A stretch of DNA of 64,000 nucleotides from a virus (taxonomy: Duplodnaviria; Caudoviricetes): IMG/VR virus record IMGVR_UViG_3300017912_002502, positions 3,776 to 67,775 of that record. One strand, given 5' to 3'. The notes under the pieces were generated by a model. That model ran no database searches. It saw only the letters and a program-made list of their open reading frames with translations, and was not told where the DNA came from. Of this stretch, positions 1 through 9,328 are shown one piece after another (the stretch's first letter is position 1; each line of letters opens with the position of its first letter). The position numbers and the translations under genes are program-made.

Positions 1-2
1 AC

Positions 3-1130
3 AAAACTGGTGAATTGAATATGGATAAGTTGTGGGCAACTAAGTTGACTGAAGATGTTTTCCTATCGACTACTGTTGTTCCTGATGGTAAAAATCACGG
101 TATGCTTATGGCTATCGACTTCTCTGGATCTATGTGGGATAAAATGGCTGGTACTATTGAGCAGTTGCTAGTCCAGATTGCCTTCTGTAAAAAAGTAAAC
201 ATTCCTTTTGAAGTTTACTCTTTCACTAATGGTCGTTCTAGTAAAAAAATAGAGCATGCAATTGAGAATCAGAAGAAAGGTGACCTTCAGCTGGTTGATC
301 AAGACTTGAATATTATGCGTCTTATCCACTCTGGTGCTGGTAAGAATGAATACAAGAAAGCATTTAACATGCTCTTGGTTATGATGTCTGGTTACACTTC
401 TTGGAAAAACCGTCAACTGGGTGAACCGTTCTGTGATAGTTACAGCTTCCCTCGTGATTTGAGTCTTGGTGGTACACCTCTTGACTCTATGGCTCTGTTG
501 TTAAGACCTATCGCGTTGGAGTTTCGTAAGAACTACGGTATTGATGTCTTGAATACTTTGTTCCTGACTGATGGCGGTAACACTGGTGCGCTCGGTATGG
601 GTGAGGTTGACGAGTCTCGTGGATGGAAATGGAGAAAAACTGCTCGTGATGTTTATGCTCCAAATGGTGCAAAAGTTGCTATCCGTGAAAACGGTATGAC
701 GACTCTTGGTAATCCTTCTGGACATATGTGGCAGAAAAGATTCTCTGATCAGGTTTGTGAAGCTGTGATTGCTCACTATGACAGGACAACTGGTTCTAGG
801 ACTGTTAACTACTTCCTTGGTGAAAACAATAAACACCGTAACAAACAGATATGGCAGGATGTCAAAGGTTGGTCTTTTGAGAAAGATGCCGAGTTTGCTG
901 ATGAATGGAAAAAGAACTGGTTGGGTGATGGTTTCCTAGAGGTTAATGGTATGAATGGTTTTGCTAATGCATTCATCCTGAAATCTTCAGATCTTGGTAA
1001 TGATGAAGAACTTGAAATCAACGGTGATGCAGAAAACAAAGGTGCACTGCTTCGTGGGTTCAAAAAGTTTCAGAAAAACAAGACTAATTCTAGGAAATTT
1101 TTAACCAAATTTATTGAAAAAATCGCTTGA
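3..1130 (+). CDS. CobT-like VWA-domain protein, partner of the MoxR AAA ATPase (5' truncated by the window edge)
   Basis: MIDAS motif DFSGSM, plus GGTPL and LTDG; the frame is open upstream of the track start; lies directly before the CobS-like ATPase. Confidence 0.8.
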   Translation, partial: KTGELNMDKLWATKLTEDVFLSTTVVPDGKNHGMLMAIDFSGSMWDKMAGTIEQLLVQIAFCKKVNIPFEVYSFTNGRSSKKIEHAIENQKKGDLQLVDQDLNIMRLIHSGAGKNEYKKAFNMLLVMMSGYTSWKNRQLGEPFCDSYSFPRDLSLGGTPLDSMALLLRPIALEFRKNYGIDVLNTLFLTDGGNTGALGMGEVDESRGWKWRKTARDVYAPNGAKVAIRENGMTTLGNPSGHMWQKRFSDQVCEAVIAHYDRTTGSRTVNYFLGENNKHRNKQIWQDVKGWSFEKDAEFADEWKKNWLGDGFLEVNGMNGFANAFILKSSDLGNDEELEINGDAENKGALLRGFKKFQKNKTNSRKFLTKFIEKIA

Positions 1131-1155
1131 CTTTTGGAGTAAAATAAGCGAGAAT
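1127..1155 (+). promoter_or_regulatory. sigma70-like early promoter
   Basis: TTGACT(1127)-17 nt-GAGAAT(1150), followed by the GAGAGAGG SD-leader seen at other early genes. Confidence 0.55.
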
Positions 1156-1184
1156 AGAGTATTACTTAATGAGAGAGGTATATT

Positions 1185-2342
1185 ATGAGTAAAGTAAATC
1201 GTGAGATCTTGATAAACGCTCTGAATGAGCAGAATCAAGAAACCTTTACGCGACCAGAAGTCGCTAAAATTGTCGAGGATCTCGGCATTTCCTATCCGCA
1301 CTGGTTCTTTAGAGAGAACAAAATCGGTTACAATAAATACGCTGTTGATGTAGCAGGACTGAAAGTCGTGGCGAGTAATCCCACTCCCCAGTCTGCACCT
1401 GCTCCAGTCGAGGACGCTAAGATTGTGACCCAAGCAAAACTTGCGGTTCAAGTTGATAACCTAATTCCTGTGGTTGACCCAACGTATGTCGCGTTTGGTT
1501 TCCACAGAGACCTGACCAAGATTATCAAGTCTGGTCTATTTTATCCCACGTTTATTTCTGGTCTGTCTGGTAACGGTAAGACCACTATGGTTGAGCAGAT
1601 CTGTGCTAAGACCAAACGTGAGGCAATCCGTGTCAATATCTCTGTTGAGACTGACGAGGATGATTTAATTGGTGGTAATACTCTGGTCGATGGTAACGTA
1701 GTTTACCGTGAAGGACCAGTGCTTACTGCTATGAAGCGTGGTGCGGTTCTAATTCTTGATGAGTTGGATCGTGGCTCTAATAAGCTGATGTGTCTTCAAG
1801 CTATCCTTGAAGGTAAACCATACTTCAACAAGAAGACTGGCGAGATGGTTGCTCCGTCTGCTGGGTTTAACGTCATTGCGACAGCTAACACTAAAGGTCG
1901 TGGGTCTGATGATGGTAAGTTTATCTCTGCCCAGATCCTTGATGAGGCATTCCTAGAAAGGTTTGCTATTACTGTTGAGCAACAGTTCCCTTCTGAAGCG
2001 CAAGAGAAAAAGATTGTGCTCGGTAAGATGAGTAAAGTTGGTAAAGTCGATGAAGACTTCGCTGAGAAACTTGTCCGTTGGGCTGATGTGATCAGAAAAA
2101 CCTTCTCTGAAGGTGCTATTGATGACCTCGTTTCTACTCGTAGGATTGAACACATCGTGAATGCATACGCTATGTTCGATGATAGGGTAAAAGCTATCGA
2201 GTTATGTGTTAATCGTTTTGACGAAGATACTCGTGCTGCCTTTATTGACCTTTACACTAAGGTTGATGCTGGTGCTCTCGAGGATGATGAAACTGTTGTT
2301 GATCAGCCAAGCGAAGATGACTTGGCTGACGATGACTTTTAA
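1185..2342 (+). CDS. cobS: CobS-like MoxR-family AAA+ ATPase
   Basis: Walker A GLSGNGKT, Walker B LILDE, TANTKG and LDEAFLERF motifs typical of T4-like phage CobS homologs. Confidence 0.9.
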   Translation: MSKVNREILINALNEQNQETFTRPEVAKIVEDLGISYPHWFFRENKIGYNKYAVDVAGLKVVASNPTPQSAPAPVEDAKIVTQAKLAVQVDNLIPVVDPTYVAFGFHRDLTKIIKSGLFYPTFISGLSGNGKTTMVEQICAKTKREAIRVNISVETDEDDLIGGNTLVDGNVVYREGPVLTAMKRGAVLILDELDRGSNKLMCLQAILEGKPYFNKKTGEMVAPSAGFNVIATANTKGRGSDDGKFISAQILDEAFLERFAITVEQQFPSEAQEKKIVLGKMSKVGKVDEDFAEKLVRWADVIRKTFSEGAIDDLVSTRRIEHIVNAYAMFDDRVKAIELCVNRFDEDTRAAFIDLYTKVDAGALEDDETVVDQPSEDDLADDDF

Positions 2343-2413
2343 GAGAAAGTGATTAATGAATGGCTTATCTACCAAACAAAGCTGCGGTCTATAAGTATAA
2401 TTTGGAGAAACGA

Positions 2414-2728
2414 ATGTCAAAAAGTATGGAAATAACACCACAAGAATATGGACTTGTTGACTACAAATATAATGAGGGCGATAACATCGCCCAACTTCAA
2501 GCGTATGTCGACGCCACTTATGGTGAACATTATTCCGTCAATAAGTTTCAAGCCACCGAGTTTATAATCGATGGTGGTCATGGCGAAGGATTTTGTATTG
2601 GAAACATTATGAAATATGCCCAACGCTATGGCAAGAAAGATGGATATAATCGCAAGGATCTAATGAAGGTCTTGCATTATGCCTTGATTGCACTTCATGT
2701 TCATGATATGGAACACGAAGATGGCTAA
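2414..2728 (+). CDS. Conserved T4-like hypothetical protein (DUF3310-like)
   Basis: HY...GFCIGNIMKYAQRYGKKDG...DLMK motif; GGAG SD before ATG 2414. Confidence 0.65.
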   Translation: MSKSMEITPQEYGLVDYKYNEGDNIAQLQAYVDATYGEHYSVNKFQATEFIIDGGHGEGFCIGNIMKYAQRYGKKDGYNRKDLMKVLHYALIALHVHDMEHEDG

Positions 2729-3494
2729 AGTTTTGGTCGCTATCCTGACCAATGGGAAACCTGAGAAGTTAGTTCGCTGTTTGCAGTCCGTGAACTCAAA
2801 CTCCTCTCCTCACGAGCGGATTGTCGTTATTAATACTCAAGATAGCGACTATCTTTCTCAGGCGACCCAACTTTCTTTTGACCATGGATTCCCAGTAAAG
2901 GTTACAGAGTCCAATGGCACTCCAGGATTGGGCAAAAATTCTGTACTTAAAACATTCCTAGAGACTGATGCAGATTATCTTCTCCAGATCGATGGGGATG
3001 ATTACATTTCAGATAATTGTGTTGCTCGATTACACGAGGAGATCAAGAACAATGAGTTTGATATTGCATGCCTTACAAATGGTTATGCTCTTACCTCTGG
3101 TGGTAATCAAATTCCTATATCACAGATTGAAAGTCTGCCAAAGATTTTACGACTCGGATCTAAGTGGGACAAAGAAGAACTTGATTTCTATTATAGATAT
3201 AAAGAGTTTATTCGTTCGCAGACACTGAATGGTGAACCATTTAATCGATATCTCCTGATCAGTCGCAAAGCTGCAAAAGTTAAATTCAATGAGAGCCTTG
3301 ACATTGCCGAGGATCTCTTACACTTCCTTCAGATTAAAAATATTATGAAGGTACACGAAGTCTCCTCTGATAAAGATGACTTCCTGTATATGTATGACTT
3401 TTCCGAAGATGGACAGGTTATGAATTCAATTAAAGATAAAAGTATGTTGAAAAATATACGAGCAATGATGCAAGAATATAATACAACAATATGA
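2721..3494 (+). CDS. GT-A fold (family 2-like) glycosyltransferase
   Basis: N-terminal VLVAILT, then GKNSVL and a DxD motif IDGDD; C-terminal ED. Confidence 0.75.
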   Translation: MAKVLVAILTNGKPEKLVRCLQSVNSNSSPHERIVVINTQDSDYLSQATQLSFDHGFPVKVTESNGTPGLGKNSVLKTFLETDADYLLQIDGDDYISDNCVARLHEEIKNNEFDIACLTNGYALTSGGNQIPISQIESLPKILRLGSKWDKEELDFYYRYKEFIRSQTLNGEPFNRYLLISRKAAKVKFNESLDIAEDLLHFLQIKNIMKVHEVSSDKDDFLYMYDFSEDGQVMNSIKDKSMLKNIRAMMQEYNTTI

Positions 3495-4291
3495 AAGTTT
3501 TAATTTTTGGACTTCCAGGATCTGGAAAAACATACTTAGCTGAACTTCTATCAGTTTATTTTGGTAACAAAGCTAAATGGTTTAATGCTGATAAAGTCAG
3601 AGATGAAGCAAACGATTGGGACTTTTCCGATGAAGGTCGGTTAAGACAATCCAAACGTATGTTAGATTTATGTGAAGAAGCAGAGTCTCATTATGATATC
3701 GTCATTGCAGATTTTATTGCACCATTCGAAGTAGCAAGAGAGCAATTCAGTGCTGACTATGAAATCTTTATGGATACAATAGAAGAAAGCAAATACAAAG
3801 ACACGAATAAAATATTTGAAAAACCAGCAAATGCTGATTACATTGTTACTGATCAACGTGGTGATATTGATGCAAAAATTATTGCATACGATATAGGTCA
3901 AAAATTTTTATGGGATAATCAAGCACCAACAACACAAATGTTAGGAAGATTTCAACCATGGCATCATGGTCATCAAATTCTTTTTGAACGAGCATTAGAC
4001 AAACACGGTCAAGTAAATGTTATGATTAGAGATATGCCACATGATAATATGAAAAACCCATATGTGGCTCCGCTTGTAAAAGAAAATTTGATACAACATT
4101 TACATAATTATGCTGGGCAAGTTAAGATAGATATCGTGCCAAACATAATGAATATTACATATGGTCGAGATGTTGGATATAAGATAGAGCAAGAACATCT
4201 TGGTGAAGAAATAGAGTCTATCTCAGCAACAGAAATAAGAAGGGCTGAGCATATTAGACAACAACAAGATCCGAGGCACAATCAAGAATGA
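3491..4291 (+). CDS. cysC: Adenylylsulfate (APS) kinase fused to a HIGH-family nucleotidyltransferase
   Basis: N-terminal GLPGSGKT, NADKVR, DFSDEGR, ADFIAPF (CysC-like); C-terminal GRFQPWHHGH ... ISATEIR. Confidence 0.75.
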   Translation: MKVLIFGLPGSGKTYLAELLSVYFGNKAKWFNADKVRDEANDWDFSDEGRLRQSKRMLDLCEEAESHYDIVIADFIAPFEVAREQFSADYEIFMDTIEESKYKDTNKIFEKPANADYIVTDQRGDIDAKIIAYDIGQKFLWDNQAPTTQMLGRFQPWHHGHQILFERALDKHGQVNVMIRDMPHDNMKNPYVAPLVKENLIQHLHNYAGQVKIDIVPNIMNITYGRDVGYKIEQEHLGEEIESISATEIRRAEHIRQQQDPRHNQE

Positions 4292-5478
4292 ATAGAGTCG
4301 CAATCACTGGTATAGGAATTGTTGATAATCTGGGAACAAATCCAAATGAATGTTTCCAGAATATGGTCACAGATGATTATGTTCATCCAGTCGATTATGA
4401 AACCGATATTGAATCCCTGAAGGGATTAAAATGTTTTAAGACACGTGAACCTGAATGGGTAGTTCCAGAAGGTATGCGTGTGCCAATGCATAATGCTTTG
4501 ACAGTAGCATCTAAGAATGCTTTACACGTTATACAACAAGCAACTGAACATATGGGAAGAGTCGCGAAGGGTGTTGAGTACAATCGATCTACAAATGTGG
4601 CAGTTGTTTTCAGTTCCCTCGCAGCAAAACCGCAGACTGAAGCTGGACCATTTGTTGACAAGATGAGAGGTGGCAAACGTCTTTCTCCTCGAACTGCTGT
4701 CCAATATCTAAATGACTTCACTGCTGGATTGATCAGTCAGACTTTTGACTTTCGTGGTGCATGTGTCAGTATGGATGCTGCATGTGCAACTGGTTTATAC
4801 TCTATTGATTACGCTATGCATCTGCTCAAGACTCATGACTATGTTGTTGTGGGCGGTACAGATACTCCAGCTGTTGACGATGATATGTATTTGTTCAATC
4901 AGTTAGGTGCACTGGGTACGAAGTCTAGCCCATTCGATAAAAATAGAGATGGGTTTATTATGGGTGAGGGTGCAGGATGTTTGATGTTAGAAAAGGAACA
5001 CAACGCTATTGCTCGTGGAGCAGATATACTTGGATATATTCATTCAGTATCACATCACACAGACGGTCAATTAGGATCTCCTACGTCTCCTGATTTGAGT
5101 ATGACTGGAGCCATAGCATCAATGAGAGAAGCTACCTCTGGTCTTGATAAAGATAGAATTGGTTTCGTAAATGCACACGGCACATCAACACCTATTGGTG
5201 ACGATCTAGAATATGGAGCCATACAACAAGTCATTCCTGAAACTCCTGTGCTGAGTTTCAAATCTAAGATTGGTCATTCACTCGCATCAAGCGGTATCAA
5301 TGAAACAATCTATTCATTGATGTGTCTACAAAATTCAGTAATACCGAAAAACTTTAATATAGATGATTGTGATTTAGAATTTGTCTATAAATACAGTCAG
5401 AAACTCAATAAAAATATGGCGGTAAAGAATTCATTTGCCTTTGGTGGTAAATCTTCTACACTGGTTTTGGAAGTATGA
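4288..5478 (+). CDS. fabF: Beta-ketoacyl-ACP synthase (FabF/KAS-like ketosynthase)
   Basis: Cys-His-His triad motifs DAACATG, NAHGTST and KSKIGH; also PFDKNRDGFIMGEGAG and C-terminal KNSFAFGG. Confidence 0.9.
   Translation: MNRVAITGIGIVDNLGTNPNECFQNMVTDDYVHPVDYETDIESLKGLKCFKTREPEWVVPEGMRVPMHNALTVASKNALHVIQQATEHMGRVAKGVEYNRSTNVAVVFSSLAAKPQTEAGPFVDKMRGGKRLSPRTAVQYLNDFTAGLISQTFDFRGACVSMDAACATGLYSIDYAMHLLKTHDYVVVGGTDTPAVDDDMYLFNQLGALGTKSSPFDKNRDGFIMGEGAGCLMLEKEHNAIARGADILGYIHSVSHHTDGQLGSPTSPDLSMTGAIASMREATSGLDKDRIGFVNAHGTSTPIGDDLEYGAIQQVIPETPVLSFKSKIGHSLASSGINETIYSLMCLQNSVIPKNFNIDDCDLEFVYKYSQKLNKNMAVKNSFAFGGKSSTLVLEV
5386..5393 (+). promoter_or_regulatory. Possible T4 late promoter inside the 3' end of the KS gene
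   Basis: Exact TATAAATA about 80 nt upstream of the desaturase start. Confidence 0.35.
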
Positions 5479-6194
5479 TAACAGAATATATTGGTAAAAA
5501 TACAGGATATTTGCACACGGTAGTTTATATCGCGTGTACTCTATTGACATTAGTTTATCTTCCTACATTATCACTTGTAGAGTTTTTACTTTGGTTGGTG
5601 GGTACAAATCTCCTAGTAGGATATTTGATATCAGGATTCCAACATAGATATTGTTCACATAAGTCGTGGCAACCAAGTCGATTTGTCGAGGCATTTAGCG
5701 TATTCCTCACAACATTCTTTTTACTCACTCCTTGTATGGGTTGGGCATCAGTCCACAGACTTCATCACAGATACACAGACACGGAGAAAGATCCACATGG
5801 AAACGTACATAGTATTTTCGATAATTTTATGGTATTCAATATTAGCCCTCCAGTAACATCAATCCCAAGATGGATGATCAGAGATAGACTATATGGTTTC
5901 CAAGCAAGATGGTATTGGGAGATCGGTTTGCTCTCTGGAGCATTGATGTTTTTACTTGGCTATGGTATGTTATGGGCATCAGTAATAGCAGTGGCATATG
6001 TATTTCAAGTCACACTAAATATTGTTGGACATCCTGATAGGAGTCCAGTGAACAATGCATTATTATCTATGTTATACAGTGGTGAATTATATCATAAAAA
6101 CCATCACCAGAAACCATCGAACCCAAAGTTCGGATTGATAGATGCACCGTACCAATTTTTTATAAGGTTTCTAAATGTTCGTAAGGATAGATAG
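5475..6194 (+). CDS. Membrane fatty-acid desaturase (delta-9-like)
   Basis: Three His boxes HRYCSH, HRLHH and HKNHH; hydrophobic segments; DPH motif. Confidence 0.88.
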   Translation: MITEYIGKNTGYLHTVVYIACTLLTLVYLPTLSLVEFLLWLVGTNLLVGYLISGFQHRYCSHKSWQPSRFVEAFSVFLTTFFLLTPCMGWASVHRLHHRYTDTEKDPHGNVHSIFDNFMVFNISPPVTSIPRWMIRDRLYGFQARWYWEIGLLSGALMFLLGYGMLWASVIAVAYVFQVTLNIVGHPDRSPVNNALLSMLYSGELYHKNHHQKPSNPKFGLIDAPYQFFIRFLNVRKDR

Positions 6195-6762
6195 TAACCA
6201 TATTGTTGATAATAAATTATTTGAGATGTGCAATAGTGCTCATCTAAGCAATGACCCAACGGCTGAGAATATAGAATCTTTAGACTGGTGGGATCGACCT
6301 GAAACATTATTACACCAGATCTTCAAACAGAAGGTCTATGATGAAGGTGGATATTTTGTTTACGAGGAAGATGAAAAATATCTGGGTGGATTAGGATGCT
6401 ATCCATTTGAAGAGGATAAAAATATATTTGTTTGCCCTGTTAGATTATATGTCACTCCAGATCTAGGTTTGAAAAAAAGTATGAGAGTAATTCAACAACT
6501 GGTAGCACATGCAGTAAATTATGCAAAAGATAAACATCGTGCTATGATATTTTTCGTCAACGAACATAACAAATGGAGATTAAAAAGCGTAGAACATGCG
6601 GTCAATCCTAAGAAAAACCCATATGCTGTATTTCCAAATCTAGCTATGAAGCAGTATGATAAGACAGTAAAATATAAATTCACTGATCAGACTGCAGTAT
6701 ATTTAGATTACAGCGAATATGAAAGCGAGATTTTAAAATGTCTGAAAAAAATTACTATTTAG
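6175..6762 (+). CDS. Hypothetical protein, possibly a GNAT-fold acyltransferase
   Basis: YFVYEEDEKYLGGLGC and VRLYV resemble GNAT beta-strands; overlaps the desaturase stop. Confidence 0.4.
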   Translation: MFVRIDSNHIVDNKLFEMCNSAHLSNDPTAENIESLDWWDRPETLLHQIFKQKVYDEGGYFVYEEDEKYLGGLGCYPFEEDKNIFVCPVRLYVTPDLGLKKSMRVIQQLVAHAVNYAKDKHRAMIFFVNEHNKWRLKSVEHAVNPKKNPYAVFPNLAMKQYDKTVKYKFTDQTAVYLDYSEYESEILKCLKKITI

Positions 6763-7061
6763 AATACACAATAACAAGAGATTCTTTAACAGAACCATTT
6801 GGTGCTCAAACTTCCGATCCATCAATCGCTAAAGGATGGGTAAAAAAAGCTGAAGAAATCTATCGTCAGACTGGTGCAGAGAAAACTTATCAAGCATCGC
6901 CTGATGGTTTGTCTTTAGTAATAACAGTAAAATTTAAAACTCCTGAGAGTCGAGATTCTATTATTAAAATGTATGAGGAAGAAACAGCAAAGCATAAAGA
7001 TTTTGTAGATGACCACAATCATCTTAATATTGAATACAAATTATTTGAAACTGATGCTTGA
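6738..7061 (+). CDS. Hypothetical protein
   Basis: 107-aa ORF overlapping the upstream gene; last gene before the next promoter. Confidence 0.6.
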   Translation: MSEKNYYLEYTITRDSLTEPFGAQTSDPSIAKGWVKKAEEIYRQTGAEKTYQASPDGLSLVITVKFKTPESRDSIIKMYEEETAKHKDFVDDHNHLNIEYKLFETDA

Positions 7062-7089
7062 CATTTTGATAATGTTGATGTATTATAAT
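7058..7089 (+). promoter_or_regulatory. sigma70-like promoter for the clamp operon
   Basis: TTGACA(7058)-17-TATTAT(7081), overlapping TATAAT(7084). Confidence 0.7.
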
Positions 7090-7121
7090 GACAATATTTG
7101 AAAGAAAGAGGAAACTATATT

Positions 7122-7778
7122 ATGAATATTTCTAAACCAACCCTTGAAGTCTTAAAAAACTTCGCAACTATTAACACGAACATCCTTGTTCGTGAAGGTA
7201 ATACTCTTGCCACTATTTCTAATGGTAAGAACATATTCTCTCGAGCCACAGTGACCGAATCCTTTGATAAGGAATTCGCGATTTATGACCTCAACTCATT
7301 GTTGGGTTTGCTCACATTTACTGAGAATCCTGATCTGGATCTTGGCGACGAGAGTCTTAAAATCAACAGCGGTGGTGCAGAGTTCGAGTATTTCTATGCC
7401 GATCCTAGCATCATCGTTGCTGCTCCCGACAAGACTATTGAAGTCGATAACTTTTATGAGTTTGAGATGAGCAAAGATGAAGTTACGAATATTACTCGTG
7501 CTGCATCTGTGATCAGTGCACCTGTACTGAGTGTTGTCGGTAAAGATGGTAAGGTTACATTATCTGTTGGCGATCCGTCAACTCCTAGAAGTAATACTTT
7601 CCGTCAGGTGATTGGTGAGACTGACAAAGAATTTGATTGCAGACTCGCTGTCGAGAACTTCAAAGTGATTGCAGATACTTACAAAGTGGTATTGTCACAG
7701 AAGAAGTTTATGTTCCTCGAGAACAAATCAGGTTCAATGAAATACTGGTTGGCTCTCGAACCTAACTCAGTAATCTAG
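7122..7778 (+). CDS. gp45: Sliding clamp gp45
   Basis: TLEVLKNFATINTNI, FAIYDLNSLLG and YWLALE motifs; position next to gp44. Confidence 0.93.
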   Translation: MNISKPTLEVLKNFATINTNILVREGNTLATISNGKNIFSRATVTESFDKEFAIYDLNSLLGLLTFTENPDLDLGDESLKINSGGAEFEYFYADPSIIVAAPDKTIEVDNFYEFEMSKDEVTNITRAASVISAPVLSVVGKDGKVTLSVGDPSTPRSNTFRQVIGETDKEFDCRLAVENFKVIADTYKVVLSQKKFMFLENKSGSMKYWLALEPNSVI

Positions 7779-7786
7779 GAGTAGAC

Positions 7787-8380
7787 ATGCCTTTATTTCC
7801 ACACCGCATTCCCAATGTGGTACATCATGTCCGAGTAAAAGACGAGGACGGCAATTTCCAGTGGACTCATCCGACTTCACATGAGATTGTAGGTCGTGGG
7901 AAGAATATTATCTTCTCACTTCCTGGAGCATTTACCCCAACTTGCTCTACTTATCAGCTTCCTGACTTTGAGAAACTCTTTCCAAAGTTTCAGGAACACG
8001 GTATTGAAAATATTTTTTGCCTATCAGTAAACGATACATTTGTCATGAACTGCTGGGCAAAAGATCAGAATCTGAAACACGTCAAAGTCATCCCTGATGG
8101 TTCTGGACAGTTTACAGGTTCAATGGGTATGGACGTTTACAAAGACAATATCGGTTTTGGTGTTCGTTCTTGGCGATATGCAATTATCGTAGAGAACTAT
8201 GAAATCACAAAACAGTTTGTTGAACGTGGTTTCATGCATAATGCTGAAGACGATCCATACGGTGTTTCATCGCCACAAAACATTCTTGACTTTTTAGATG
8301 GTAAAGAGTATGATGCTGGTGGTGAACAATTACAACTGAATCTCTCCGACGGAGTGGGTTCAGAAGATAAAATCGGATAG
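7787..8380 (+). CDS. Peroxiredoxin (Prx5/redoxin type)
   Basis: SLPGAFTPTCS peroxidatic motif, SVNDTFVM and RSWRYA. Confidence 0.9.
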   Translation: MPLFPHRIPNVVHHVRVKDEDGNFQWTHPTSHEIVGRGKNIIFSLPGAFTPTCSTYQLPDFEKLFPKFQEHGIENIFCLSVNDTFVMNCWAKDQNLKHVKVIPDGSGQFTGSMGMDVYKDNIGFGVRSWRYAIIVENYEITKQFVERGFMHNAEDDPYGVSSPQNILDFLDGKEYDAGGEQLQLNLSDGVGSEDKIG

Positions 8381-8389
8381 GAGTATTAT

Positions 8390-9328
8390 ATGATAAAAGA
8401 TGAATTTCTCTGGGTTGAAAAATACCGACCACAAAAACTAAGCGAGTGTGTCCTTCCCTCCTCTCTCTTGGATACATTCCAACAGTTCGTGGACGCAGGA
8501 GAAATTTCAAATCTATTATTATGTGGTACTGCTGGCACGGGAAAAACGACGGTTGCTCGTGCGTTGTGTAACGAATTAGGATGTGACTATATTATTATAA
8601 ATGGCTCTGAGGAGTCTGGTATTGATGTCTTGAGAACTAAAATCAAAGACTTTGCCAGCACTGTTTCCTTTGAAGGAAAGCCGAAAGTAGTCATTCTTGA
8701 CGAAGCAGATTATCTGAATCCCAATTCGACACAACCTGCTCTCCGTGCATTCATTGAAGAGTTTTCTTCAAACTGTCGGTTCATATTCACCTGTAATTTC
8801 CGCAACAGGATTATTGAACCACTGCATAGTCGAACTACGGTCATTGATTTCAAACTTGGTAAGTCTGACCGACAAAAGATGGCATCACGTTTTATGAAAC
8901 GTATGACCACTATTCTAGATGGTGAAGGTGTAGGATATTCTGAAAAAGTCCTTGCTGAACTTCTGATGAAGCACTTCCCAGACTATAGACGTGTACTTAA
9001 TGAATTGCAACGGTATAGTGTTTCTGGTAATATTGACGAGGGGATTTTATCTAATCTCTCCGAAGTCAATACCAAAGCACTTATTGATAGTCTGCGAGAT
9101 AAAGACTGGAAGAAAATGCGACAGTGGGTCGCCAACAATGTTGATGCAGATCCTCAAGGCGTGTACCGTAAAATCTATGATACACTAATTGATAAAGTTG
9201 CACAAGTTCCCCAGTTGGTTTTACTTATCGCAGACTATCAATACAAGGCAGCTTTTGTTGCTGATCAGGAAATTAATCTTACAGCATGTCTAACGGAGAT
9301 TATGGCAAATGTTGAATTTAGAGGTTGA
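8390..9328 (+). CDS. gp44: Clamp loader large subunit gp44
   Basis: LWVEKYRP, GTAGTGKT, ILDEADYL and SRTTVIDF. Confidence 0.96.
   Translation: MIKDEFLWVEKYRPQKLSECVLPSSLLDTFQQFVDAGEISNLLLCGTAGTGKTTVARALCNELGCDYIIINGSEESGIDVLRTKIKDFASTVSFEGKPKVVILDEADYLNPNSTQPALRAFIEEFSSNCRFIFTCNFRNRIIEPLHSRTTVIDFKLGKSDRQKMASRFMKRMTTILDGEGVGYSEKVLAELLMKHFPDYRRVLNELQRYSVSGNIDEGILSNLSEVNTKALIDSLRDKDWKKMRQWVANNVDADPQGVYRKIYDTLIDKVAQVPQLVLLIADYQYKAAFVADQEINLTACLTEIMANVEFRG

Noticed and set aside
3-2342. Cobalamin biosynthesis (cobS/cobT)
   Set aside because: There is no CobN or other cob gene; these are generic MoxR/VWA homologs common in T4-like phages
6738-7061. Possible acyl carrier protein for the KS cluster (contains DSL)
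   Set aside because: The DSL is at residues 15-17 instead of about 35-40, lacks the surrounding ACP helix pattern, and the sequence looks alpha/beta
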